In this document: positions 52,583 to 60,929 of the stretch, piece by piece
How the letters are laid out: each line of letters starts with the position of its first letter
Numbering within the stretch: the stretch's first letter is position 1
Assembly: GCA_942491275.1 (NCBI GenBank)
Contig: CALNZI010000009.1
Coordinates: 21,938 to 85,937, forward strand
Reading direction: 5' to 3'
DNA: 64,000 nt
Source: Minisyncoccota bacterium
GTDB lineage: Bacteria > Patescibacteriota > Minisyncoccia > Phycocordibacterales > UBA9973
Translations under genes and position numbers: made by a program
The notes under the pieces: model-generated
Databases searched by the model: none
Seen by the model: only the letters and a program-made list of their open reading frames with translations
Told to the model about the DNA's origin: nothing

Positions 52583-54274
52583 ATGGAATCTGAAATTAGA
52601 ATATGCCAGAATTGTAAGGGGAATTTTATAATCGAATCCGACGATTTTTCCTTTTATGAAAAAATTAAAGTTCCAGCACCTACTTTTTGTCCTGACTGCC
52701 GGAGGCAGAGAAGATTAGCTTGGCGTAATGATTTTACTTTTTACAATCGAGAGTGTGATTTGTGTGAAAGAAATATTCTTTCCCTGTATTCTTCGGATAA
52801 CCCTCAAGTAATTTATTGTAATAAATGTTGGTGGTCTGATAAGTGGGATCCAAAATCCTATGCTCAAGATTTTGATTTTTCACGACCATTTTTTGAACAG
52901 TTTAAAGAGTTCCGATTGAAGGTTCCTGCCCTAGCTTTATTTAATGATAACAATATTGGAAGTAAAAATTGTGAATATACTCAGGACTTTGCTTATGGGA
53001 AAAATTGTTACATGTGTATGGTTTCTTGGAAGATACAAGATTGTATGTATTTTACCTATGGAGCTGATGTGAAGGATTCTGTGGACTCTATGGGTATCTT
53101 TGGGACAGGAGAAGGACTCTATGAAGTTATGTATAGTGGGAAGTGTTACGGTTGTCGCAACGTGTATAAATCTTCAGATTTAATGAATTGCGCCTATTGT
53201 TTCAACTGCACTAATTGTGAAGATTGTTTCATGTCTGTTAATTTGAAGGGTAAAAAATATCATATTTTAAATAAAGAATATACAAAAGATGAATATAAAA
53301 AAATTATAGACTCCTATCAATTGAATACCTATAGTGGTTGTCAGAAAGCAGAAGCAGAATTTAATAAGTTTTTACTTACTCAACCAAGGAAACATGCCAG
53401 CATGAAAAATTGTTTAAAGTGCACGGGAGACAATTTAAGTAATAGTAAAAATTCAGAATTTAATTTTCATGCACGTCGTTCGGAGAATTCAAAATTTTTA
53501 GAAAATGGAGATACCCAAAAAGACAGTTATGATCTATGTGTAGGAGGAGAACTTTCAGAGTGTTACGAAGGATTAACTCCAGATCATTCAAATAAATCTT
53601 TATTTTGTATATATACTTGGAAGTGTATGGATATTCAATATTCAGAATCCTGTCAGGCTTCAAAGAATTGTTTCGGTTGTGTTGCTTTAAAACATACCAA
53701 TTATTCAATTTTTAATAAACAATATACAAAAGAGGAATATTTTGAATTAAAAAATAAGATTATTGAACATATGAAAAAAAACGGAGAATATGGAGAGTTC
53801 TTTCCGATAAGTAATTCTCCATTTGCCTACAATGAGTCCATGGCCATGATTTCTTTTCCTCTTACTAAAGAAGAAGCCATAAAGAAAGGATATAATTGGC
53901 AAGATAATGTTCAAGAAACAAGAGGTAAAACCACAATAAGAGAAATCCCAGATGCTATTGAGGAAGTTAAAGATTCCATTGTGGATGAAATTTTAGAATG
54001 TAATATTTGTCAAAGAAATTATAAGATTGTTGCAGATGAATTGTCTTTTTATCGTAAATGGCAGATTCCAATTCCTAGAAATTGTTTCTTTTGTCGTTTG
54101 AATAAGCGTTTTGAACTTCGTGGACCCTCGAAATTATGGAATCGGCAGTGTATGTGTGAGAAAGAAGGACACGATCATGAAAAAAGATGTGTAAATCAAT
54201 TTGAAACAACTTACTCCCCAGACAGACCAGAGATAGTTTATTGTGAAGAGTGTTATCAAAAGGAAGTATATTAA
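52583..54274 (+). CDS. Cys-rich multi-zinc-ribbon protein (563 aa), family member 2
   Basis: MESEIRICQNCKGNFIIESDDFSFYEKIKVPAPTFCPDCRRQRRL... ...YSPDRPEIVYCEECYQKEVY. TGgTATAAT plus 6 nt lies upstream. Confidence 0.75.
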   Translation: MESEIRICQNCKGNFIIESDDFSFYEKIKVPAPTFCPDCRRQRRLAWRNDFTFYNRECDLCERNILSLYSSDNPQVIYCNKCWWSDKWDPKSYAQDFDFSRPFFEQFKEFRLKVPALALFNDNNIGSKNCEYTQDFAYGKNCYMCMVSWKIQDCMYFTYGADVKDSVDSMGIFGTGEGLYEVMYSGKCYGCRNVYKSSDLMNCAYCFNCTNCEDCFMSVNLKGKKYHILNKEYTKDEYKKIIDSYQLNTYSGCQKAEAEFNKFLLTQPRKHASMKNCLKCTGDNLSNSKNSEFNFHARRSENSKFLENGDTQKDSYDLCVGGELSECYEGLTPDHSNKSLFCIYTWKCMDIQYSESCQASKNCFGCVALKHTNYSIFNKQYTKEEYFELKNKIIEHMKKNGEYGEFFPISNSPFAYNESMAMISFPLTKEEAIKKGYNWQDNVQETRGKTTIREIPDAIEEVKDSIVDEILECNICQRNYKIVADELSFYRKWQIPIPRNCFFCRLNKRFELRGPSKLWNRQCMCEKEGHDHEKRCVNQFETTYSPDRPEIVYCEECYQKEVY

Positions 54275-54278
54275 ACTT

Positions 54279-54301
54279 TGTAAAAGGACGGTCCTTTTAC
54301 A
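54279..54301 (+). other. Conserved hairpin 4 nt after the stop codon of family member 2
   Basis: TGTAAAAGGAC g GTCCTTTTACA. The apex AAGGACGGTCCTT is identical to 56028-56048. No T-run. Confidence 0.6.
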
Positions 54302-54317
54302 AAAAGAACTATCAAGC

Positions 54318-56024
54318 ATGAAATCAGAAACTAAAAATTGCCAAAACTGTAAAAAAGACTTCACTGTCGAGTCTGAGGACTTTTCTTTTTACGAAAAAAT
54401 CAAAGTCCCTCCACCAACCTTTTGTCCGGAGTGTAGGTTACAAAGAAGACTTGCTTGGAAGGTTAATTTGATGTTATTTAATCGTAAATGTGACCTTTGT
54501 GGGGAAAAAGGTATTTCTATGTATGAAGCTGACGCACCTTTTGTAGTCTATTGTCATAAGTGTTGGTGGAGTGATGATTGGGACTCTTTAGATTTTAAAA
54601 TTAATCTTGATTTTTCAAGACCATTTTTACAACAATGGAAAGAATTATTACACAAAACTCCACTGCTAGGTCTTTCTATAGATACTATTACAAGTGAACT
54701 TTCTCCTTACACCAATCATTGCGGTCATGCAAAAAATTGCTATATGATTTTTTATTCGGACCATAATGAAGATTGTTTATATGGATATCAGCTTACTAAT
54801 TGTAAAAATTGTATAGAAAATGGAGTAACAATGGAAAGTGAAAACTGCTATGACTCCCTGCATGTTTATAAATCTTTTAATATCGTGCACGGCATAGGAA
54901 ATAATCGCTCTTGCTATGACTCCTCTTTTATTAGAGATTGCGAGGGTGTACATGATTGTTTTGGAATAGCTAATGGAAAAAATTCGAAGTATATTTTTAT
55001 GGGACAACAGCTAATAAAAGAAGATTACATTGAAAAAATAAAAAACATTGACCTAGGTTCCCATAAGCAATATCTTTATTGGAAAAATAAATTTAACGAT
55101 TATTTAAAAACAACTTTTCCTAAGCCCAATTGGGAAACTTTATCACAGGACGTCACGGGGAGTTATGTTTTTAGTTCTAAAAATTGTAAGAATTGCTTTG
55201 ATGTAATTAATTGTAAAGATTCAAAATTTTTAATGTCTATTAAAGAAGGTCCCGTTAAAGATTCATATGATTATGTTGATTGGGGTTTAAATGCAGAATT
55301 GGTTTATGAATCAGCAACCATAGGAGAGAATGTTTCAAATATAAAGTTCTGCCATGAATCAGGCTTTAATATAAGAAATATTGAATATTCTAAACTTCAA
55401 ACAGGAGGATCTAACTGCTTTGGTTGTGTTTCAAGAAAGAAAGGACAATATTGCATTCTTAATAAACAATATACAAAAGAAGAATACGAGGAATTGATTC
55501 CTAGGATCAAACAACACATGAATGACATGCCATACATAGACAAGAAAGGAAGAGTGTATAAGTACGGAGAATTTTTTCCAATGGAATTCTCTCCTCATTC
55601 TTATAATGATTCATTTGCACATTTATTTTTCCCGAAGACAAAAGATGAGGTGGCTAGTGATGGTTTATCTTGGAAAGAGAATGAACTTAAAAAACATCAG
55701 ATTACTATTTTTTCAAAGGACCTTCCTGATAACATAAAAGAGACACCAGATGAAATTACAAAAGAAATTATTGGATGTGATTCTTGTGAAAGAGGGTATA
55801 AAATTGTCAAACAAGAATTAGATTTATCAAAAAAATTAAATGTACCTTTATCTAGAAGATGCCCTTTTTGTAGAATGGAAGAAAAAGTTAATATTTGGGT
55901 TTCTCAAATGAAAGAAATTGATAGAGTTTGTGATAAATGTAATATAAAATTCAAAACTCATTATTCTGAAGAAGATTCATCTAAAATTGTATGCAAAGAG
56001 TGTTACAAAAAAGAAGTTTATTAA
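54318..56024 (+). CDS. Cys-rich multi-zinc-ribbon protein (568 aa), family member 3
   Basis: MKSETKNCQNCKKDFTVESEDFSFYEKIKVPPPTFCPECRLQRRL... ...KIVCKECYKKEVY. Start set at 54318; the ORF-track start overlaps the upstream gene and the hairpin. Confidence 0.75.
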   Translation: MKSETKNCQNCKKDFTVESEDFSFYEKIKVPPPTFCPECRLQRRLAWKVNLMLFNRKCDLCGEKGISMYEADAPFVVYCHKCWWSDDWDSLDFKINLDFSRPFLQQWKELLHKTPLLGLSIDTITSELSPYTNHCGHAKNCYMIFYSDHNEDCLYGYQLTNCKNCIENGVTMESENCYDSLHVYKSFNIVHGIGNNRSCYDSSFIRDCEGVHDCFGIANGKNSKYIFMGQQLIKEDYIEKIKNIDLGSHKQYLYWKNKFNDYLKTTFPKPNWETLSQDVTGSYVFSSKNCKNCFDVINCKDSKFLMSIKEGPVKDSYDYVDWGLNAELVYESATIGENVSNIKFCHESGFNIRNIEYSKLQTGGSNCFGCVSRKKGQYCILNKQYTKEEYEELIPRIKQHMNDMPYIDKKGRVYKYGEFFPMEFSPHSYNDSFAHLFFPKTKDEVASDGLSWKENELKKHQITIFSKDLPDNIKETPDEITKEIIGCDSCERGYKIVKQELDLSKKLNVPLSRRCPFCRMEEKVNIWVSQMKEIDRVCDKCNIKFKTHYSEEDSSKIVCKECYKKEVY

Positions 56025-56027
56025 ATT

Positions 56028-56048
56028 TGCCAAGGACGGTCCTTGGCA
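56028..56048 (+). other. Conserved hairpin 3 nt after the stop codon of family member 3
   Basis: TGCCAAGGAC g GTCCTTGGCA. Confidence 0.6.
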
Positions 56049-56059
56049 GAATTTGGTAT

Positions 56060-56088
56060 TTGCATCCTGGAAAGATTTGGTCTAGTAT
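56060..56088 (+). promoter_or_regulatory. map promoter TTGCAT-N17-TAGTAT, 6 nt from the ATG
   Basis: Hexamers read directly. No SD. Confidence 0.55.
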
Positions 56089-56094
56089 GAGTTT

Positions 56095-56862
56095 ATGTCA
56101 GTTATAATAAAGACAAAAGAAGAGATAGAAATACTTCGTGAAGGAGGGAAAAGACTAGCCGCAATCATGATTGAGGTGGTTAAAAAGGTTAAACCTGGTG
56201 TTACAACTAAAGAATTAGATTCATATGCTTACGAGTTAATTAAAAAAGGAGGAGATACTCCGTCTTTTTTGAATTATAAACCAGAAGGAATATCTAAAGG
56301 TTATCCGGCTTCTCTTTGTACTTCTATCAATGATGAAATAGTTCATTGTGTTCCAAATGAAAATAGAATTTTAAAAGAAGGAGATATTATTTCTCTTGAT
56401 TTGGGCCTGAATCATAAGGGTCTTTTTACTGATCATGCTGTTACCGTTCCCGTTGGTAAAATTTCTAAAAAAGACCAGGAGTTATTAGAGGATACTAAAA
56501 AAGCTCTAGAAACTGGTATTTGGGCAGCCCGTGGAGGTGACACTGTTGGAGATATTGGATTTGCCATTGAATCTTTTGTGAATGGAAAATATGGCATTGT
56601 AAGGGAGCTTGCAGGTCATGGAGTAGGAAAGAAGGTTCATGAAGATCCTTACATACCAAATTATGGTAAACCTGGAAAAGGACAGAAGTTAATACCTGGG
56701 ATGGTTGTGGCCCTTGAGCCAATGTTAAATCTTGGTAAAGACGATATCATAAATGATGGAGATGACTACACAATAAAAACATCTGACGGTCTTCGTTCCG
56801 CTCATTTTGAACATACTATTCTTATTACTGAAGGCGAAGCAGAAATTTTAACGAAGATTTAA
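56095..56862 (+). CDS. map: Type I methionine aminopeptidase
   Basis: Metal-ligand contexts ISLDLG, FTDHAVT, GHGVGKKVHE, ALEPM and FEHT. Confidence 0.94.
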   Translation: MSVIIKTKEEIEILREGGKRLAAIMIEVVKKVKPGVTTKELDSYAYELIKKGGDTPSFLNYKPEGISKGYPASLCTSINDEIVHCVPNENRILKEGDIISLDLGLNHKGLFTDHAVTVPVGKISKKDQELLEDTKKALETGIWAARGGDTVGDIGFAIESFVNGKYGIVRELAGHGVGKKVHEDPYIPNYGKPGKGQKLIPGMVVALEPMLNLGKDDIINDGDDYTIKTSDGLRSAHFEHTILITEGEAEILTKI

Positions 56863-56916
56863 GTAAAATAATACAAATACTATTTTTAGGATTCTTTTTA
56901 TTATATTTAGTTCGTG

Positions 56917-57011
56917 AAAAGAAACAAAAAATTTTATGAGTAGGTGTGGACGCGCCGAAGCGAGCTTGCGAGCGGAGAGGGACAAGCGAAGACAAATTTT
57001 TTCGTTTCTTT
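56917..57011 (+). repeat. Copy C of the three-copy ~95-nt element
   Basis: aaaagaaacaaaaaatttt-ATGAGTAGGTGTGGACGCGC-[variable GC hairpin CGAAGCGAGCTTGCGAGCGGAG]-AGGGACAAGCGAAGACA-aaattttttcgtttcttta. Confidence 0.65.
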
Positions 57012-57048
57012 ATAAGAACTATATTTATTCTTACTTGCTATAATGTAA

Positions 57049-57085
57049 CCCTGTAGTAGAACTTTATTTAAGTTTCACTACGGGG
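57049..57085 (+). promoter_or_regulatory. 9-bp GC-rich hairpin abutting the -10 box of the downstream gene
   Basis: CCCTGTAGT ...19 nt... ACTACGGGG, directly followed by TATAAT (57086-57091), 7 nt and the ATG. Confidence 0.45.
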
Positions 57086-57098
57086 TATAATAATAAGA

Positions 57099-58364
57099 AT
57101 GAAAGGTCTTAATTTAGAAAATAAAAAAGTAAAATTCAAAACTCCCCAAGAAGAGCTTGAGTTTTTGCGATCTTGTCTATTAGATAAAGAAAATTTCTTA
57201 ATTGAACAAGGAGAAGGAGCGAACAGAGAGGAACTTTCTGATGAAATAATTAGTGAATACAAACAATACGAACCTAAAGAAGTTTTACATAAGAGTTTCA
57301 TCACTAAAGATGATTTTAAGGATAGTTTAGTTTTACGATTATTCCCAGAGGCTCATGATAATAAAATGGAAGAATTATTGGGAGTTCTTTTAAGTAGGGG
57401 AATCTCCAATGCTCTTTCTGTCGTGGCAAAAATAAATAACCCTCATATAGATGATGATTTCCATCGTTTTCTCGTGCAGTATTTACACACAGTTGATACA
57501 ATCCCAAGCCTTAGAAAGGGAACTCCATTACATAAATCTTTAAATTTGAAACTTTTTCAGATCGTTTTACCTAATGAATCAAATAATAAAAAAAGTTTAG
57601 GAGAATTGTTTGTAGCCATGGAACAATTTTATGCAGAAATGAATTTCATCGGAAAAGAAGGAGAAAATCAAAATTACTTTGCTTTAGAGATTGTTCTTCC
57701 TGAAGATGCCAATGATTTTATTTTTTATGCGGCCATTCCAAATCATGAAATTAATTTATTTGAAAAACAATTAAAAAAGATTCATTTGAATGCCAGACTT
57801 GTTGAAATAACTAATGATTATAATATTTTTTCAGAAAATGGTGTTGTCTTGGCCTCATATGCCACCTTACACAACCATCAGGTTTATTCAATAAAAAATA
57901 AAGATGATTTTAGCCATAATCCAATGGATTTAATTCTAAATAATATTTCTAAAATTCATAAAAAAGGAGAAGCGGCAGCAATACAATTTGTAATTTGTCC
58001 TGGAAATGATAATTTAATTAAAAATTTTCATTCTTCGCTCTCAAAATTAAAAAACAAAAAATCTTTAGACAAAGTTAGTAAAAAAATAAACAGTACTATT
58101 ATGGGAGTAAACATTAGGACAGTATCTTCTGCTGAAAATAAATTAAGGGCCAAGCATATTCTTTTTGATATTGAATCATCTTTTAATCAATTTATTGAAC
58201 CAAATGGAAATAGTTTTGTTTTTGAACACCCTAAAGATTCGGATCTATCTAATTTGATTCATGATTTTTCCTATAGAATATTCTCCGAAGATTATTCAAT
58301 GCCATTAAATCTAAGGGAGTTATCAACCATATTTCATTTCCCCTACAAAAAGCCTATAAAATAA
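57099..58364 (+). CDS. Hypothetical protein (421 aa). Resembles, from memory only, the N-terminal domain of CPR HerA/VirD4-like ATPases, but has no ATPase domain.
   Basis: Segments YFALEIVLPEDANDFIFYAAIP...LFEKQL, AAAIQFVICP and the C-terminal LNLRELSTIFHFP. No Walker motifs. Confidence 0.45.
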   Translation: MKGLNLENKKVKFKTPQEELEFLRSCLLDKENFLIEQGEGANREELSDEIISEYKQYEPKEVLHKSFITKDDFKDSLVLRLFPEAHDNKMEELLGVLLSRGISNALSVVAKINNPHIDDDFHRFLVQYLHTVDTIPSLRKGTPLHKSLNLKLFQIVLPNESNNKKSLGELFVAMEQFYAEMNFIGKEGENQNYFALEIVLPEDANDFIFYAAIPNHEINLFEKQLKKIHLNARLVEITNDYNIFSENGVVLASYATLHNHQVYSIKNKDDFSHNPMDLILNNISKIHKKGEAAAIQFVICPGNDNLIKNFHSSLSKLKNKKSLDKVSKKINSTIMGVNIRTVSSAENKLRAKHILFDIESSFNQFIEPNGNSFVFEHPKDSDLSNLIHDFSYRIFSEDYSMPLNLRELSTIFHFPYKKPIK

Positions 58365-58452
58365 AGAAAAATTTGATTCTTATTGGTTTTTTTGTTAATA
58401 TCTTTATATTAATTAATATAATAATTCTGTCGAAAGGCAGATAATTTAGTAT

Positions 58453-59037
58453 ATGATACATCCAAAAGAAGAAAGAACATACGTGATGATTAAACCTGAT
58501 GGAGTTCGGAAAGGACTAACGGGAGAGATTATTCGTCGTTTTGAACAAAGAGATTTAAAAATAGTGGCTCTTGAAATGTTTCAGCCAACAAAGGAAATGA
58601 TTGATAATCATTATCCAAAAGAAGAAGCATGGATTACTCGTCTTGGAGAAAAAACAAAATCTACCTATGAAAAATATGGTTATGATTTAATGACTGACTT
58701 TGGAACAGATGATACTTCTAAGATTGGACCAGAAGTTCGTAAGTGGGTTGTTGATTACATGGTTAGTTCACCATTAATAAAGATGGTATTTCAAGGAGTA
58801 CACGCTATTGATGTTGTTCGAAAGATTGCCGGAGAAACAATGCCCTATAAAGCTGATATGGGTACAATCCGAGGAGATTTTTCAATAGATTCTCCTGCCT
58901 TGGCTAATAAAGAAAAGAGAGCAGTTATGAATATAATTCATTGTTCAGAAACTCCAGAAGAGGCAGAACATGAGATTAAATATTGGTTTGGAGATGCAGT
59001 TATTCATGATTATAAAAGATTTGGTGTAGATGAATAG
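58453..59037 (+). CDS. ndk: Nucleoside diphosphate kinase (with a ~40-aa insertion)
   Basis: ERTYVMIKPDGV, RGDF, and active-site His in NIIHCSE. Confidence 0.8.
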   Translation: MIHPKEERTYVMIKPDGVRKGLTGEIIRRFEQRDLKIVALEMFQPTKEMIDNHYPKEEAWITRLGEKTKSTYEKYGYDLMTDFGTDDTSKIGPEVRKWVVDYMVSSPLIKMVFQGVHAIDVVRKIAGETMPYKADMGTIRGDFSIDSPALANKEKRAVMNIIHCSETPEEAEHEIKYWFGDAVIHDYKRFGVDE

Positions 59038-59044
59038 AAATTTT

Positions 59045-59070
59045 AAAAAATTCCCTTCGGGGGATTTTTT
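59045..59070 (+). terminator. Intrinsic terminator of ndk
   Basis: TTCCC ttcg GGGGA flanked by A6 and T6. Confidence 0.8.
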
Positions 59071-59123
59071 GTTGGGAAGATTATTTGAATTAATGTTAAA
59101 AGTATGTTCTTATTGGAAAAAAC

Positions 59124-59151
59124 TTGCGTGTTTTATCCAGACAGGTATACT
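59124..59151 (+). promoter_or_regulatory. Candidate promoter TTGCGT-N16-TATACT for an intergenic sRNA
   Basis: Hexamers at 59124-59129 and 59146-59151. Confidence 0.4.
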
Positions 59152-59156
59152 TAAAG

Positions 59157-59343
59157 TAGGGTTATTGGAATTTATTACCTAGAACATTTTGTTAAGGGAA
59201 CATAAGTTTTAATATAGTGCTGTAAACATTATTAAAGTTAACAAATCTGTATTATCCTTTCATCCCACCTAGCTTGACGCTATGGTAATACCTCTCCGAT
59301 AGTCCTAATAAAAAATTCTTCATTTTGTTGAAGGATTTTTTTT
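59157..59343 (+). ncRNA. Candidate ~185-nt sRNA (promoter to intrinsic terminator, long-range closing helix), class unknown
   Basis: 5' AGTAGGGTTATTGG (59155-59168) pairs with CCGATAGTCCTAAT (59296-59309) at 13 of 14 positions including G.U. Further nested helices: TATTACC/GGTAATA and GTTAAG/CTTGAC. Terminator TTCTTCA/TGAAGGA plus T8 at 59316-59343. Confidence 0.4.
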
Positions 59344-59356
59344 GTTATAACTTAGT

Positions 59357-59475
59357 AAAAGAGAAATTAAATAGCTTTCTTTAAAATGCACACATAATTT
59401 TCTGCTGAAAATTTGCTCTACTCGGCTCGCCAGCCTCCGTAAGGCATTTTTCAGAAACTATTTAATTTCTCTTTT
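59357..59475 (+). repeat. Perfect 18-bp inverted repeat enclosing an 83-nt core with a GC-rich centre
   Basis: AAAAGAGAAATTAAATAG (59357-59374) and CTATTTAATTTCTCTTTT (59458-59475). The core contains CTCGGCTCGCCAGCCTCCGTAAGGC. Confidence 0.6.
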
Positions 59476-59502
59476 GGCATTTATAGGTTATAATAGAAAT
59501 AT

Positions 59503-60879
59503 ATGGCTGGAAATAAAAATTTAAAAGTTACATTTTGCTCTGGTGCAGGGACTGTCACAGGGGCTAATTTTTTAATAGAAGGAGAAGGAAAGAAATTTTT
59601 AGTTGATTGCGGTTTAATTCAGGGAGAAAAGTTTGTGGATGATTTAAATTGGAAGAAATTTCCATATGATGCAAGTCAAATAGACATACTCTTTATTACT
59701 CACGCACATATTGATCATATTGGACGTATTCCTAAGTTAATTAGTGAAGGTTTTAAGGGGAAAATAATTTCTACCATTCCAACTAAGGAAATTACTGAAA
59801 TTATGTTAGCTGACACAGCTCACCTGTTGTCACGAGACAAGGAAAATCATCTTGATAGAATATATACAGAAGGGAATAATAAAAAAATTATGAGTTTGTG
59901 GGAAACATTGGAATATGGTCAAAAATTTGTAGTTGATGATCTTTTCCAATTTTCATATAAAAATGCAGGGCATATTCTTGGTTCAGGAATGCTGGAAATT
60001 GTTTATAATGGTAAAAAAATTGTTTTTACCGGAGATCTTGGTAATTCTCCTTCTCCTTTGTTGCCCGATAATGATTCTCTTGAGAATGTGAATTATTTAT
60101 TTATGGAATCAGTTTATGGAGATAGAAATCATGAAAATAGGGAAGAAAGAAAAAATAAATTAAAGAAAGTTATTAAAGACAACCACGACAGAAAGGGAAC
60201 TCTAATGATCCCAACTTTTTCTTTAGAACGTACCCAGGAATTACTATATGAAATAGATTCGTTGGTTGAAAGCAGGCAGATTCCTCCCATGCCGATCTTT
60301 TTAGATTCTCCTCTAGCTATAAGGTTAACAAATGTTTATTATAAGTATAGTAAATATTTTAATAAAAAAGCCCAACATATTATTAAGACGGGGAAAGATA
60401 ATGATTTGTTTGATTTTCCTGGACTTAAAAAAACTATGGAAACAGAAGAATCCAAGGGTATCTTAAGAGTTCCAGATCCTAAAATCGTTATTGCTGGAAG
60501 TGGGATGTCTAATGGTGGACGAATTATTCATCATGAAAAAAATTATTTACCACATAAAAAAAATACACTATTGCTAACAGGTTATCAGTCAATGGGAACT
60601 CTTGGGCGTTCCATTAAAGATGGAATAAAGAAAGTTACTATTTTGCATGAATCAGTTAACATTCGGGCTCAGATTGCAACAATTTCTGGTTATTCAAGTC
60701 ACAAAGATTCAGATCACTTAGTTGAATTCGTTGAAAACACAGCACCAACATTGAAAAAAGTTTTTCTTTTGATGGGTGAACCGAAATCAGCTATGTTTTT
60801 GTCTCAGAAATTAAGAGATAATTTAAGTGTTGATACTTATGTTCCCGAAGCAAATGAACAAATTATTCTAAAGTGCTAA
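59503..60879 (+). CDS. MBL-fold beta-CASP ribonuclease-like hydrolase
   Basis: HxHxDH motif (FITHAHIDHIGRIP). ~458 aa with a beta-CASP/RMMBL-like C-terminal half (SGYSSHKDSDHL). Confidence 0.78.
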   Translation: MAGNKNLKVTFCSGAGTVTGANFLIEGEGKKFLVDCGLIQGEKFVDDLNWKKFPYDASQIDILFITHAHIDHIGRIPKLISEGFKGKIISTIPTKEITEIMLADTAHLLSRDKENHLDRIYTEGNNKKIMSLWETLEYGQKFVVDDLFQFSYKNAGHILGSGMLEIVYNGKKIVFTGDLGNSPSPLLPDNDSLENVNYLFMESVYGDRNHENREERKNKLKKVIKDNHDRKGTLMIPTFSLERTQELLYEIDSLVESRQIPPMPIFLDSPLAIRLTNVYYKYSKYFNKKAQHIIKTGKDNDLFDFPGLKKTMETEESKGILRVPDPKIVIAGSGMSNGGRIIHHEKNYLPHKKNTLLLTGYQSMGTLGRSIKDGIKKVTILHESVNIRAQIATISGYSSHKDSDHLVEFVENTAPTLKKVFLLMGEPKSAMFLSQKLRDNLSVDTYVPEANEQIILKC

Positions 60880-60929
60880 GTATTTTTATTATGGTGTTAT
60901 AATATTAAAATAAATTATTTATTTTCCAT

